This document shows, piece after piece, positions 38,679 through 49,257 of a DNA stretch of 64,000 nt; position 1 is the stretch's first letter, and each line of letters begins with the position of its first letter. Source of the DNA: Rhodothermales bacterium (lineage in GTDB: Bacteria > Bacteroidota > Rhodothermia > Rhodothermales > JABDKH01); contig CBDCYH010000002.1 in the NCBI GenBank assembly GCA_965224105.1, positions 1,785,112 to 1,849,111 on the forward strand. Direction: 5' to 3'. The notes beneath the pieces are model-generated. The model ran no database searches. It saw only the letters and a program-made list of their open reading frames with translations, and was not told where the DNA came from. Made by a program: the position numbers and the translations under genes.

Positions 38679-41510
38679 TTGCTGTTCGGCTGCGTCGAGC
38701 TGTTGCTTCATTATTCGGTACTCATCCGCTGTTCTGCGTAGGGCAGAATCACCAGCCACGCGGGCCAGGTCGCCGCTAAATCGGGCTGCCTCATCGTAAG
38801 CGTCGACCTCGACGTACATTCCCTGCGTAAATCGAATGAACTGCGTGATCTCCTGAACTTGCTGGGGACTGCGTGCAAATTCCAACTTGTGTAGCAGAAG
38901 CGGCTCAATCTTTTTCATGACCTCTATCGCTTTCGTTGGATTACCTGCCTCTACGTAGGAACGACTTGTGAGCAGAACAGATCGCTCGTCACCCGGAATC
39001 GTTTCGAACGGCATCGCCTCATACAGCTTATCAAGAAGTGCCAGCGCTCGGTCTTTGTCTCCAGCACGGGCAAGGGCGGATGCGGTGTGCGAATAAATAT
39101 TCCGGTAGTTGTCGGTCATTCTTCGGATGTTGTGGTCGTAATACACATCCGGATCGTCCAGCCCGCGGAAACGGAAATTCTCCAGGCGTTCGGGCGTTAC
39201 CGAAGGTTCTACTCGGCCAAGCTGCGTATCCTCATGACGAATCGGCACAATCCGGAAGGCCTGCCCCTCCAGCTGGAAATATTCCTGGAGATCCAATTCA
39301 CCATCGGGACTCACAGTAACAGCAAAGTACACCGGCCTCTGCCATCCCTCCCGCGCTGCGGTGACCACAATGTCGAGCGCAACCTGATCAGCCCCATGTA
39401 CAATGTTGATGTTCTCGTCATACGGATAGTCCCTGCCGTTGTAAGTCCACCGCATCGGACTCTCCACGATCGACGTGTCAATACCCGTCAGGATTTCAGA
39501 CGCAAAGATTCGTTTATCAACAGGTAGCGTAATTTCCCTGGGCTCCCACCGGGCAACCGACAATCTCGACAATGCGTCGTCCTCCATAGAGATGGGAAGC
39601 GGTTCCGAGTCTCTCGAATATTGATACTTTAGTTGCTTTGCGTACCAGGGTGTGTTGAGAAGCGACAGGTTTGCCACCCGCACGTCCCGTCGAACACCTT
39701 CGACCTCCTGCATATACCAGAGTGGGAAAGTATCGTTGTCCCCGTTGGTAAACAGGATGGCGTCCTCGGCGACGCTGTTAAGCATGTTGTATGCGTAGTC
39801 AGGAGCAATGTACCGGCCCGATCTGTCGTGGTCGTCGTAGTTCTGCAGCGTCATCCAGCCGGGCACGGCAGCGAACAGCAATATGGCAACTCCCACACCC
39901 ATCTTCAGGTTTGGTTCGCTGTCTTCGCCTCGACTACCAAATGCCAACTCAAGCAGCCCCGCTGCGCCAATCCCAATCCACAAGGAGAATGCAAAGAAAC
40001 TCGCCACGTAGGAGTAGTCCCGCTCCCGCGGTTGAAACGGTGTCTGGTTCAGGTATACAATAATCCCTATACCAGTTATCAGAAACAGTACGGCAACCGA
40101 GAGCGCACTTCTCCAGTCACGCCGAAAATGAAAGAGCATCCCAAGAAAACCAAGCAGGAAGGGTAAAGCGAAATACACATTCCTGCTTGCAAACTCGCTT
40201 GGAGTGCTAAAGAAGTATTCGTCTCCTTCGCCCGAGAATAGTCCCGTAATCACCGGCGCGTCCTGAACATCACTTGCACGCCCTATAAAATTGAACCCAA
40301 AGTATCGCAGGTACATATGCCCTACCTGATACTTCCAGAAATACTGTGAATCGCTATCGAACGTACGGTATAGTGCTATGTGGGCGGGCTCCTGCGAATG
40401 GCGCCTGGGGAATAGCTTTTCCTCGTTCGTGTTGATGGTGCGCAGACGGTTGTCATACGTGAACCCTCGGAGTAATGGGGTCGAGCCGTATTGTTCGCGC
40501 TTCAGGTACGAAACGATAGCTTCGGCAGTCTCCGGATCGTTCTCGTCGATTGGCGGATTGGCGGCCGACCGAATGAAGATCAAAGCGTAGCTCGAATAGC
40601 CGATAAGCACCATTGCCAGGCACAAGAAGAGCAGATTCGCGGCTGGCATCTGGTTCTTGTGCGTCAAGTAGGTCGCGACCGCGACGCCAATTATCACCGC
40701 AGCGAAAACAACGAATGGGTTGCCCGCTGACCCAGCGATATCAGGAAGCTTCTGGATGATGATTGGATAAACCAGCAGGAAAAACGCCGACGCAACCACT
40801 CCAGCCAAAAGTATTCCGCCGATACGTTTACCTATTGTCCAATCGTCTTTCTCAAACTCCGTGAAGAAGACAATCAGCGCGATGAAAAAGATGGCAAGCA
40901 GATTGAGCAAGTGGATGCCGATCGCCAGTCCGAACATGTAAGCGATGAGTAGCAGATATCGGTTGGACGCCAGGCCAAACAGATGCCCACTTCCGCCACC
41001 GGCCGCTTCTTCGATCTGCGTATCTTCACGCCATTTCAGGACCAGCCAGACAACGATGGCTGTGAACAACATCGACAACGCATAGACTTCAGCCTCGACG
41101 GCGTTAAACCAGAAAGAATCCGTAACAGCGAACGTGCACGCACCGATAACGCCAGCAGAGAGTGCAACTACCCGCCCTTCCTCGCCTGGGCCTGTGTCAG
41201 ATCGCCACTCTTTGACAAGCCTAACGATGATCAGATGGGTGAGGAGAATAGTGAGTGCGCTTGCAAGGACAGAGACCAGATTTACCGCCAACGCGATGTA
41301 AGGTGTGGGAACGAACATGGAGAAGGCCCGGCCAATCAGCATGTAGACTGGTGCTCCCGGAGGGTGCGAAACCTGGAGCTGATTCGCGATGGCGATAAAC
41401 TCGCCCGCATCCCAGAAAGAGGCCGTGGGTGCTACTGTGAGCAAGTAGAGGATCAGGGAAAAAGCAAAAACGGCGGCGGCAACGCGGAATTCTGTGTCTC
41501 TCCAGTTCAT
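38661..41510 (-). CDS. DUF2723 (TMEM260-like, GT-C-type) polytopic membrane protein with C-terminal TPR-like region
   Basis: 949 aa. N-terminus LTVAPTASFWDAGEFIAIANQLQVSHPPGAPVYMLIGR is typical of DUF2723. Many TM helices and a helical-repeat tail. Confidence 0.85.
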   Translation of the reverse strand: MNWRDTEFRVAAAVFAFSLILYLLTVAPTASFWDAGEFIAIANQLQVSHPPGAPVYMLIGRAFSMFVPTPYIALAVNLVSVLASALTILLTHLIIVRLVKEWRSDTGPGEEGRVVALSAGVIGACTFAVTDSFWFNAVEAEVYALSMLFTAIVVWLVLKWREDTQIEEAAGGGSGHLFGLASNRYLLLIAYMFGLAIGIHLLNLLAIFFIALIVFFTEFEKDDWTIGKRIGGILLAGVVASAFFLLVYPIIIQKLPDIAGSAGNPFVVFAAVIIGVAVATYLTHKNQMPAANLLFLCLAMVLIGYSSYALIFIRSAANPPIDENDPETAEAIVSYLKREQYGSTPLLRGFTYDNRLRTINTNEEKLFPRRHSQEPAHIALYRTFDSDSQYFWKYQVGHMYLRYFGFNFIGRASDVQDAPVITGLFSGEGDEYFFSTPSEFASRNVYFALPFLLGFLGMLFHFRRDWRSALSVAVLFLITGIGIIVYLNQTPFQPRERDYSYVASFFAFSLWIGIGAAGLLELAFGSRGEDSEPNLKMGVGVAILLFAAVPGWMTLQNYDDHDRSGRYIAPDYAYNMLNSVAEDAILFTNGDNDTFPLWYMQEVEGVRRDVRVANLSLLNTPWYAKQLKYQYSRDSEPLPISMEDDALSRLSVARWEPREITLPVDKRIFASEILTGIDTSIVESPMRWTYNGRDYPYDENINIVHGADQVALDIVVTAAREGWQRPVYFAVTVSPDGELDLQEYFQLEGQAFRIVPIRHEDTQLGRVEPSVTPERLENFRFRGLDDPDVYYDHNIRRMTDNYRNIYSHTASALARAGDKDRALALLDKLYEAMPFETIPGDERSVLLTSRSYVEAGNPTKAIEVMKKIEPLLLHKLEFARSPQQVQEITQFIRFTQGMYVEVDAYDEAARFSGDLARVAGDSALRRTADEYRIMKQQLDAAEQQSANEN

Positions 41511-41569
41511 GTAGGCGAAAATTGGGTCTTGATGATGTCCAGGAAGGTACGTCGAAGGAAGGCTGTACG

Positions 41570-42271
41570 CTATCGGTCGGACTCGGTTCGGGTTTTTGCA
41601 GGATGTGGATCGGCTCCCACGATGATAACTATTTCTCCCTTTACTGATTCCCGTGTATCCAGCACATCCGCCACGGAATCCAGGGATCCGCGGATGTACT
41701 CCTCAAATTTCTTGCTCACCTCTCTAGCAATCACGCATGGCCGATCGGCACCGAGGGCCTCGACAAGCTGCGCGAGGGTTTTCTTAATACGGTGGGGTGA
41801 CTCAAACAGAACAATTGTCCGATCCATCTGCTTGAGTGTCTCAAGCCGTTTGCGGCGACCCTTTTTGGCCGGGAGGAATCCCTCGAAAACGAATCGATCG
41901 CAAGGAAGACCGGATGCGGTGAGAGCGGGAATGATAGCGGTGGGGCCAGGCAGCGCCGAAACTGCAATACCTTCCTCCACACACCGGCGGACCAACAGAA
42001 ACCCTGGATCCGATATCCCCGGTGAGCCAGCGTCTGAGACTAACGCAACCGTCGTCCCCTGGTGCATCCGCAGAACAAGATGGTCAACCTTGCCACGCTC
42101 GTTGTGTGCGTGGAAGCTCACCATCCTCGCGTCAATCTCTAAATGTTTAAGCAGCTTTCCCGTAACCCGCGTATCCTCACATGCGACGATGTCGGCTTCC
42201 GATAGTACCCGGACTGCTCGAAGCGTGATGTCCTCCAGATTACCGATGGGAGTTGGGACCAGAAACAGCAT
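41570..42271 (-). CDS. rsmI: 16S rRNA (cytidine1402-2'-O)-methyltransferase
   Basis: MLFLVPTPIGNLEDITLRAVRVLSEADIVACEDTR... is the canonical RsmI. Confidence 0.9.
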   Translation of the reverse strand: MLFLVPTPIGNLEDITLRAVRVLSEADIVACEDTRVTGKLLKHLEIDARMVSFHAHNERGKVDHLVLRMHQGTTVALVSDAGSPGISDPGFLLVRRCVEEGIAVSALPGPTAIIPALTASGLPCDRFVFEGFLPAKKGRRKRLETLKQMDRTIVLFESPHRIKKTLAQLVEALGADRPCVIAREVSKKFEEYIRGSLDSVADVLDTRESVKGEIVIIVGADPHPAKTRTESDR

Positions 42272-43612
42272 CTACCTACCAGATCTTTCGAAGCGTCGGA
42301 TCGATCCCCAGTCACCCCAGACGCGCATCAGTAGGTAAACACAAACTATTCCGCATACGATGTTGGCAATCCACATACCCATCCATGGTTCAAGCAAGCC
42401 TCTGTCGGCTAACTTCTCGCCTTGCACCAAGGTTATCCAGAAAAACATGAAGATCCCCGTGGCGATCATTGCCGATTTTGCCAACCCGCCTCGCCTGATG
42501 GACAGTCCGATTAGTGAGCCCATCAGCATAAAGACCAGCGATGCCGCAGCGATGGAGTTTTTCTTGTGAATCTCCACGGCATACTGGTTTGCGCGACGTG
42601 TCTTCCACGAAATACTTCGCCTGGCGTTGTCGAGGTCTGCGCGGATGGTCCGGGCTTTTTGCGTCGCAGCTTTTCGGATTTGCTCGTCCGTGTTCGCAAT
42701 TGCAATCTCTGTTGGGATGGGTGATTCTGATGTGACGTCTCCAACCACGTTGCCAATCATATCAACCAGAGCAACCGTTTCTTCTGTAGCCGTGGCACGG
42801 AGAGAGTCTACAATGGTTCTCATTTCTCTGCTGCGCATCGTCCGGTCACTTCTTCGGCCACTCGTAGGATCTGAACGTTCAAATATAAAATCCTCCAGTT
42901 GCAGCGACAGACGATAAGTTGAAAACTCCAGGATCTCGTAGCGATCGTTGTCCTCCTGCCGATAGCGGTGGACCTCTCCATCTTCCAATATCAGATCGAG
43001 TCGATTAAACCCGATGGGCACGATAACGCCCTCCGTTGCCTTTATCGCTGTCCGTCGGCGACTACCCTCGGAGTAATCATAAACCAGTACATCCCTCATC
43101 GTGTTACCACCCTCAACGATGTCTTTCACCAGGATGCTGTAATTGCTAACGCCGTTGTAAAACACGCCAGGTTGAACCTCAAAGCCCGGCTTTTTTTGCC
43201 GGATGTCAGTCCACAGATTCCGCGCTCTGAAGTTTGCTTCTGGTAAAACCTCGTTGTTGAAATACACCATGGCCAGACTGATTCCTGCTCCTACCAGAAT
43301 CACCGGCCAGGCTAATTGGATGTAGGATACGCCGGCATTTTTGATAACCGCATAGGCGTGCGATTCGCTTAGTTTGCTGAAAACCATGAGAACGGAAATC
43401 AGCACAGACATAGGGACAGCAAGGACGACCATGTATGCCAGGCTGTAGACAATAAGCTCGGCCACGGCGGAGAAGGGCAACCCTTTGCCGACGAGCGTTG
43501 GCAGATACTTTATTAGGAACTGCATCAGCAAGAGGAACATAAACATTGCCAACCAACTCAAAATTCGTGCTGGCATCATTTTCAGAATCATCTTGTGGAA
43601 GTGTGAGATCAC
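42272..43612 (-). CDS. LptF/LptG family LPS export permease
   Basis: 446 aa with the YjgP/YjgQ topology (three TM helices, a large periplasmic domain, three TM helices). Abuts rsmI. Confidence 0.8.
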   Translation of the reverse strand: MISHFHKMILKMMPARILSWLAMFMFLLLMQFLIKYLPTLVGKGLPFSAVAELIVYSLAYMVVLAVPMSVLISVLMVFSKLSESHAYAVIKNAGVSYIQLAWPVILVGAGISLAMVYFNNEVLPEANFRARNLWTDIRQKKPGFEVQPGVFYNGVSNYSILVKDIVEGGNTMRDVLVYDYSEGSRRRTAIKATEGVIVPIGFNRLDLILEDGEVHRYRQEDNDRYEILEFSTYRLSLQLEDFIFERSDPTSGRRSDRTMRSREMRTIVDSLRATATEETVALVDMIGNVVGDVTSESPIPTEIAIANTDEQIRKAATQKARTIRADLDNARRSISWKTRRANQYAVEIHKKNSIAAASLVFMLMGSLIGLSIRRGGLAKSAMIATGIFMFFWITLVQGEKLADRGLLEPWMGMWIANIVCGIVCVYLLMRVWGDWGSIRRFERSGR

Positions 43613-43704
43613 AGGAATGATTCGCTTAGTTTGGCCGATAAGTAGTTCGTAAAGTGTATCAACAGATTCGCTGGGGCAGCGAGGTCTAAATATGTCTAGG
43701 GTCC

Positions 43705-44364
43705 ATGGAGGTTAGGGTGAGCGCAAGTCACATACAAACCTTTGCCTTCAATCCGTTTGGGACGAATATGTTTGTCCTTTCGAGTGAGGGCGAAGCGGTT
43801 ATCGTCGACGCGAGTACGTATCACGAGGAGGAGTACGAGCAGGTCGCGGCTTACCTCCAGTCTGAGCGACTGCAGGTGAAGAGGCTACTGCTCACGCATG
43901 GACACATCGACCATATATTTGGCTGCTCGCGGCTATCACAGGAGTTCGGCCTGCCGTGGGAGCTACAAAGCGAGGACTTCCCGTTGATTCGGCAGGGATC
44001 GGTGCAGGCGCAAATGTTTGGCGTTGAACTGGATCAAAATTTTGAGATTCAGAATCTCGGTCTTGATGAGGCTATAACTTTCGGGAGTGCTTCGCTTTCG
44101 TTGGTTCACACACCAGGACACTCACCCGGGTCAGTCACCTTCATTGAGGACGCGGCCGAGCGTCTGGTCGTGGGCGACGTAATCTTCCGCGGTTCTATTG
44201 GCAGAACCGATCTCTGGCAAGGGTCTTTTCCGGTGCTAATGCAAAGTATCCGCGAGCGCGTTCTGGTCTACCCGGATTCCTGGGAAATTTTTCCGGGACA
44301 CGGTCCAGGCACGACAGTAGGCTCTGAAAAAACGAACAACCCGTTCGTAACCGGGTCGGACTAA
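43705..44364 (+). CDS. MBL-fold metallo-hydrolase (glyoxalase II-like)
   Basis: LLLTHGHIDHIFG, HTPGHSPGS and GDVIFRGSIGRTD motifs. A GTG at about 43717 is an alternative start. Confidence 0.8.
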   Translation: MEVRVSASHIQTFAFNPFGTNMFVLSSEGEAVIVDASTYHEEEYEQVAAYLQSERLQVKRLLLTHGHIDHIFGCSRLSQEFGLPWELQSEDFPLIRQGSVQAQMFGVELDQNFEIQNLGLDEAITFGSASLSLVHTPGHSPGSVTFIEDAAERLVVGDVIFRGSIGRTDLWQGSFPVLMQSIRERVLVYPDSWEIFPGHGPGTTVGSEKTNNPFVTGSD

Positions 44365-45506
44365 ACGCTAACACGTTCTTTTTCGATTATCTCCCTGTAG
44401 AACTCTTCGTATTGGGGAGTAACCTTGTGCATGTCGAACTCATCGACGGCACGCGACCGCGAAGCATGGGACATCTTTTCGTGCAGGTCATCGTTTTCGA
44501 GCAAGAGTTTGATTCGGTCGATGAACGCATCGTTGTTATCCAGCGGACAGAGGAAGCCCGTTTCGCCATCAATAACAAGTTCCGGTAGGCCACCGATCTG
44601 GCTCGCGACAACCGGGACATTGCATGCCATGGCTTCGAGCGCTGCCAACCCAAACGTTTCCGTTTCGCTTGGCATGACGAAGATATCTGCGATTGAGAGA
44701 ATTTCCTCCACCGGCTCCTGTTTTCCAAGGAAACGAATATCTTCGTAAACACCATGCTCCCGCGCAACGCGTTCACTTACGCTCCTGTCTGGCCCATCTC
44801 CGACCAGTAGCAGTTTTACCGCGTGGCCTTCGTGGCGGAGCGCAGAAAATATTTCTACAACCCGTGGCGAGTTTTTAACAGGACGGAAGTTCGAGACATG
44901 TACCAGCACCTTCTCACCCTCAGGACACAGAGCGCGCTTGAAGTGCTCTTTATGCTGGCGGTAAAACCTGGTCGTATCGATAAAGTTGGGGATGACTTCG
45001 ATTTCTCCGTCAATCTCGAATCGGTCAAAGGTTTCCTGGCGCAGGTAGTCCGAGACTGCGGTCACCCCGTCTGATTGATTGATGGAATAATTCACCACAG
45101 GCTGATACGAAGGGTCACGACCGACGATGGTTATGTCGGTGCCATGAAGAGTTGTGACCACCGGTAGCTGAATCCCTTGTTCAAGCAAAATCTGCCGCGC
45201 GGTAACAGCGCTCATTGCATGCGGGATCGCGTAGTGAACGTGGAGCACATCCAGTTTTTCCAGCTTCGCAACGTCCACCATCTTGCTCGCCAGGTTCAGC
45301 GAGTAGTTGGGGTATTCAAAGAGGGGGTACGTGTTGACGTCCACTTCGTGGAAGTAGACGTTTTCCGTTGCAATACCCAACCTGAATGGCAACGAATATG
45401 CGATGAAGTGAATCTCGTGTCCCCGGGCGGCTAAAGCCTTGCCCAGCTCAGTTGCCACCACACCACTACCGCCGTATACCGGATAACACGTTATACCAAT
45501 TTTCAT
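44361..45506 (-). CDS. bshA: N-acetyl-alpha-D-glucosaminyl L-malate synthase (bacillithiol biosynthesis GT4)
   Basis: MKIGITCYPVYGGSGVVATELGKALAARGHEIHFI... and the C-terminal E(x7)E-type GT4 motif (SETETFGLAALEAMA). Confidence 0.8.
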   Translation of the reverse strand: MKIGITCYPVYGGSGVVATELGKALAARGHEIHFIAYSLPFRLGIATENVYFHEVDVNTYPLFEYPNYSLNLASKMVDVAKLEKLDVLHVHYAIPHAMSAVTARQILLEQGIQLPVVTTLHGTDITIVGRDPSYQPVVNYSINQSDGVTAVSDYLRQETFDRFEIDGEIEVIPNFIDTTRFYRQHKEHFKRALCPEGEKVLVHVSNFRPVKNSPRVVEIFSALRHEGHAVKLLLVGDGPDRSVSERVAREHGVYEDIRFLGKQEPVEEILSIADIFVMPSETETFGLAALEAMACNVPVVASQIGGLPELVIDGETGFLCPLDNNDAFIDRIKLLLENDDLHEKMSHASRSRAVDEFDMHKVTPQYEEFYREIIEKERVSV

Positions 45507-45689
45507 TTACAAACCTGGCGAATTAGACTTCTTCAGACTCCTTATTCGCGCTCTTGTTACACATTGCCAAAAAATCACCCCATGGCTCGATCGGGGTCAG
45601 ATCCGGCGGGGAGAAAAATTCCGCATCTGAATCAAAACCGCAGTGACCAAGTAGGTGCATCAAGCGCAACAAACAAAAGAGATGTAGCC

Positions 45690-46340
45690 ATGCTCTCCAC
45701 CTGTATCGCTTCATTCAAGCGCAATATGGCCGTTGCTAGCGCCTTGCTGCTCATCACCGCGGGAGCACCCGCAGTCGCCCATGCCCAGCTCACTATTGCT
45801 GGCGGACTGAACTTCCAGAATCTGGAAGACATCGACACGGGTAGCACGCAGGCCACGATTGAAAACTCGACGGGCTATCACGTCGGGCTGTACTACAACC
45901 TGGGTGCGGGTTCGTTTTCGATTCGCCCGGGTGTTTTCATTCGGAACATCCAATCGATCAAAGCCACTGCGCTGAGCCTGCGAGACGACTTCAGCCTGAA
46001 CATGGTAGACGTTCCTGTCGACGTGCGCTTCCGCGTTGGATCGGGATCTCCAATCGCACCCAGCCTAAGCGTGGGGCCGGTTGTCCATTTCGCAAATTCA
46101 TCAGATGAGGGGTTCGATTCCGCACTTGACAATCTAAGCCTGTCGGCGTCGGCCGGGGCTGGTCTGGAATTTCGAATGCCCGTCCTTGGACTAAAACTGT
46201 TTCCCGAAATCCGCTACTCGTTTGGGCTTACCGGATTCACAAAAGATGGTGAACCCATAACGATTGCAGGACAGGATTTTACAGTAGCGAACCCGTCCAA
46301 CCTCAACACGATCATGCTGAGGCTCGGGATAGGGAACTAG
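45690..46340 (+). CDS. small outer-membrane beta-barrel protein (porin-family/OMP_b-brl-like)
   Basis: The ATG at 45690 gives a signal peptide ending AHAQ. Alternating beta-strand pattern; ends ...IMLRLGIGN. Confidence 0.6.
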   Translation: MLSTCIASFKRNMAVASALLLITAGAPAVAHAQLTIAGGLNFQNLEDIDTGSTQATIENSTGYHVGLYYNLGAGSFSIRPGVFIRNIQSIKATALSLRDDFSLNMVDVPVDVRFRVGSGSPIAPSLSVGPVVHFANSSDEGFDSALDNLSLSASAGAGLEFRMPVLGLKLFPEIRYSFGLTGFTKDGEPITIAGQDFTVANPSNLNTIMLRLGIGN

Positions 46341-47014
46341 GAGATTCCCTCGAAGAACCTGAAGCGGAGCGTGTCTATCTCAAACTGAGGCCGCACCTGC
46401 ACCGGTTCTGATCCGAGCGACCAGACAGGATGACGACGGTCTTTCATAGACTGCTCCGAATAGAAGTGCCGCGTCCAAATGCTAAACGGTCGAAGAGAAG
46501 CCGGTGCATTCTTTATCGTGTGCGCAATCTTTAGCGCTTCCTGCCAGTTCGGATGCTGTGCGTGCGGAGGAAGAGTCGAGTAGAACATCTTCACTCGGCT
46601 TGTATCATTGAACGCCGAAAACTGAACTGGGTCAAGAATCACATCCCGGTACGTGCGCTTGGCTCGGTACTTCGTTTCCACTCGGTTCCGTACAACCCAG
46701 GCAACCAACTCCATCTCGCGTACATCTTTCGTCTCGGAATAAATGCAACGAGCCAGCCACAATGTTTCGCCATCAATCTGATCGGGTCTTAGTGCTGGCA
46801 GTGCATCCCAATCAATCATGGATTCGAAATCCAGGATAAGTGGCACCTTGTTGAAGGTGTGGCTTGCGATCGGATCGATGTCGTAGGCGCCATGCGTGTG
46901 CATTGGTGTAAGGTCAATCTCCTTTGGAGTAGACCCGGAGTACACCACGAGGTAGGCCAGTAGTAATACTGGAATACCAAGATGAAACGACATTCTTTGG
47001 GTCTTCTTTGACAC
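46337..47014 (-). CDS. cell wall hydrolase (SleB/CwlJ Hydrolase_2-like)
   Basis: LWLARCIYSETKDVREMELVAWVVRNRVETK...VILDPVQFSAFND matches the Hydrolase_2 core pattern. Signal/anchor at the N-terminus. Confidence 0.7.
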   Translation of the reverse strand: MSKKTQRMSFHLGIPVLLLAYLVVYSGSTPKEIDLTPMHTHGAYDIDPIASHTFNKVPLILDFESMIDWDALPALRPDQIDGETLWLARCIYSETKDVREMELVAWVVRNRVETKYRAKRTYRDVILDPVQFSAFNDTSRVKMFYSTLPPHAQHPNWQEALKIAHTIKNAPASLRPFSIWTRHFYSEQSMKDRRHPVWSLGSEPVQVRPQFEIDTLRFRFFEGIS

Positions 47015-47199
47015 GATTGCTCTAAACTATTCCTGGTCGGAAAGTGAGGTGATTATGCAGGAACGACTTTTTCTGCATGAGACCAATTGGCCGCGAAACG
47101 ACACCTCTACATTATTGTTTCGCAAGGCAATCAATAACAACGCCAAGTTCGTACTTTCTTTCGTCAAACTTCAAATTTGTAGCAATTTATCACTGATTA

Positions 47200-48351
47200 A
47201 TGCGGATTCTTGCAGATGAGAACATTCCTGGCCTCCAGCAGATTTTCGGAAATCTTGGCCATATCAAGACCAAGCGGGGGGCGGATATCTCATCTGAGGA
47301 CTTGAATGGAATTGACGTGCTACTTGTCAGAAGCGCGACGCGCGTCGACGAAACACTCATCAGGCATCATAGGCCGCGATTTATCGGGACCGCGACGGCG
47401 GGCACAGACCACGTAGATGTCGATGCGCTGAATCAATTGGGGATTCACTTTGGAAATGCTCCAGGCTCAAATGCGGTCTCTGTTGTAGAATACGTCCTCG
47501 CCGCACTCTCTTTTCTTGCTGATTCAACCGGATCCGACATACGCGGTAAAACTGTTGGCGTGGTCGGGGCCGGTCAAGTTGGTGGAAGATTGATTGCTCG
47601 CCTGCACGCCCTCGACTGCGAAGTTCTCGTTAGCGATCCACCATTGCAAACCGCTGCTGCACGTAAAGCCACTCATGCGCACACGTTCGTTCCGTATACA
47701 ACGTTGATTGCAGAATCGGATATTGTCTCTTTCCACGTTCCGCTAACACACAACGGACCTCATCCCACGTACCACCTGCTAAACGAACGAAACATCAATG
47801 CCGTAAAGAGGGATGCATGGATCGTCAACGCGGCACGCGGCGAAGTCGTAAGCACATCAGCAGCAAAACAACTCGCGCACGCCGGGAATCGGATGGTGCT
47901 GGACGTATGGGAATCAGAACCAACACCCGACGCTGATCTCGTTGCCGCAGTGGACATCGCAACGCCGCACATTGCAGGGTACTCTATTGACGGCAAACTC
48001 CTCGGCACACAGATGATCTTCGAATCCTGCATGTCTGCGATAAACGGAAGCCCAGAGCAAGGGCCCGTGTTACCACGTCTCGAAAACAGAGCGCTCAAGC
48101 TCGTTGGCAGTGAAGATGTGATGTCGTGGGAAGTCCTTCGCCAGTTGTATCCGATTGATGAGGACCACCACAGCTACAAAACCGCCTTTCTCGCAGCTGG
48201 CAAACTGGAAAGAGGTAGCGTATTCGCAGATCTACGAAAAAACTATCCAACACGTCGGGCCTTTTCTTCCTGGGACGTCCAGACGAGAGTGCCCGTTTCT
48301 GATGCTCAGCGAAAGGCGTTCAAGGAAGTTCTTGACCTAACCCTTGATTAG
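47200..48351 (+). CDS. pdxB: 4-phosphoerythronate dehydrogenase
   Basis: MRILADENIPG... N-terminus, NAD motif GVVGAGQVGGRL, D-2-hydroxyacid dehydrogenase core and PdxB-type C-terminal dimerisation domain. Confidence 0.85.
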   Translation: MRILADENIPGLQQIFGNLGHIKTKRGADISSEDLNGIDVLLVRSATRVDETLIRHHRPRFIGTATAGTDHVDVDALNQLGIHFGNAPGSNAVSVVEYVLAALSFLADSTGSDIRGKTVGVVGAGQVGGRLIARLHALDCEVLVSDPPLQTAAARKATHAHTFVPYTTLIAESDIVSFHVPLTHNGPHPTYHLLNERNINAVKRDAWIVNAARGEVVSTSAAKQLAHAGNRMVLDVWESEPTPDADLVAAVDIATPHIAGYSIDGKLLGTQMIFESCMSAINGSPEQGPVLPRLENRALKLVGSEDVMSWEVLRQLYPIDEDHHSYKTAFLAAGKLERGSVFADLRKNYPTRRAFSSWDVQTRVPVSDAQRKAFKEVLDLTLD

Positions 48352-48357
48352 CGATCG

Positions 48358-49257
48358 TCAACCTTCCCGGTCAAATCCAAAGGATCGAAGTTGCGTGTCA
48401 GAATCTCGCCAGCCTTGACGCACTTTAACGAACAGCCGCAGGAAGACGCCCCTCTGAAGAAACTCTTCGATTTCTACGCGCGCACGCGAGCCTATTTCTT
48501 TGAGGGTTCTACCGCCTTTGCCTATCACAATTCCTTTTTGCGATTCCCGATCGACGACGATTTCTACATCAATCAAGTCCTTCCCGTCTTCCTTCTCCTC
48601 GTACGCCACAACGTTGACCTGACAATGATACGGGACTTCTTCATGTACCCGCAGGAATAACTGTTCGCGAACCAGCTCTGCAACAAAAAAACGTTCCGGC
48701 ATGTCGCTGATCATTTCATCAGGATAGAGCTGCGGCCCAACAGGTAGATGCGAGACCAGCGTGTCTCTGATGAGGTCCATGTGGTAACCCGTTTTTGCAG
48801 ACGCAGGAATCACCTCGGCGAAGGGATGCAGCTCTGAATATTTTTTCACCAGCGGCATTGCCGTTGCCTCATCGATCAAATCAATTTTGTTCAGTATCAG
48901 GAGTGCTGGCTTTTCGGTGATGAGTGACAACGTTCGCGTGTCAGGATCAGCAAGCGTGGCATCTACGACGAACAGCATGACGTCGGAGTCGGCGATTGCC
49001 CGGCGTACGCCTTTCATCATGCGTTGCTGCAGGCCGTATTTAGGTTGAATCACCCCTGGAGTGTCGAGGAATATTATCTGATGCTCCTCGGTAGACACAA
49101 TTCCGAGAATCCGATTACGTGTTGTTTGCGCCTTCCGTGTGACGATGGACAGTTTTTGCCCGACAAGCTGGTTCAGGAGGGTGCTTTTTCCTGCGTTGGG
49201 TTTGCCGATCAGGGCTGCGTAGCCTGCTCGGAAACCAGGATTAGGAGCTTCTATCAC
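48358..49257 (-). CDS. era: GTPase Era
   Basis: G1 GKPNAGKST, G3 DTPG, G4 NKID, C-terminal KH domain (VDRESQKGIVIGKGG). Confidence 0.95.
   Translation of the reverse strand: MIEAPNPGFRAGYAALIGKPNAGKSTLLNQLVGQKLSIVTRKAQTTRNRILGIVSTEEHQIIFLDTPGVIQPKYGLQQRMMKGVRRAIADSDVMLFVVDATLADPDTRTLSLITEKPALLILNKIDLIDEATAMPLVKKYSELHPFAEVIPASAKTGYHMDLIRDTLVSHLPVGPQLYPDEMISDMPERFFVAELVREQLFLRVHEEVPYHCQVNVVAYEEKEDGKDLIDVEIVVDRESQKGIVIGKGGRTLKEIGSRARVEIEEFLQRGVFLRLFVKVRQGWRDSDTQLRSFGFDREG

Noticed and set aside
40983-42338. 451-aa plus-strand ORF, one of the longest in the track
   Set aside because: It is entirely antisense to the well-supported DUF2723 and rsmI genes. Its translation is Arg/Ser/Pro-rich low-complexity with no recognisable domain. 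This is a typical shadow ORF in GC-biased coding DNA.
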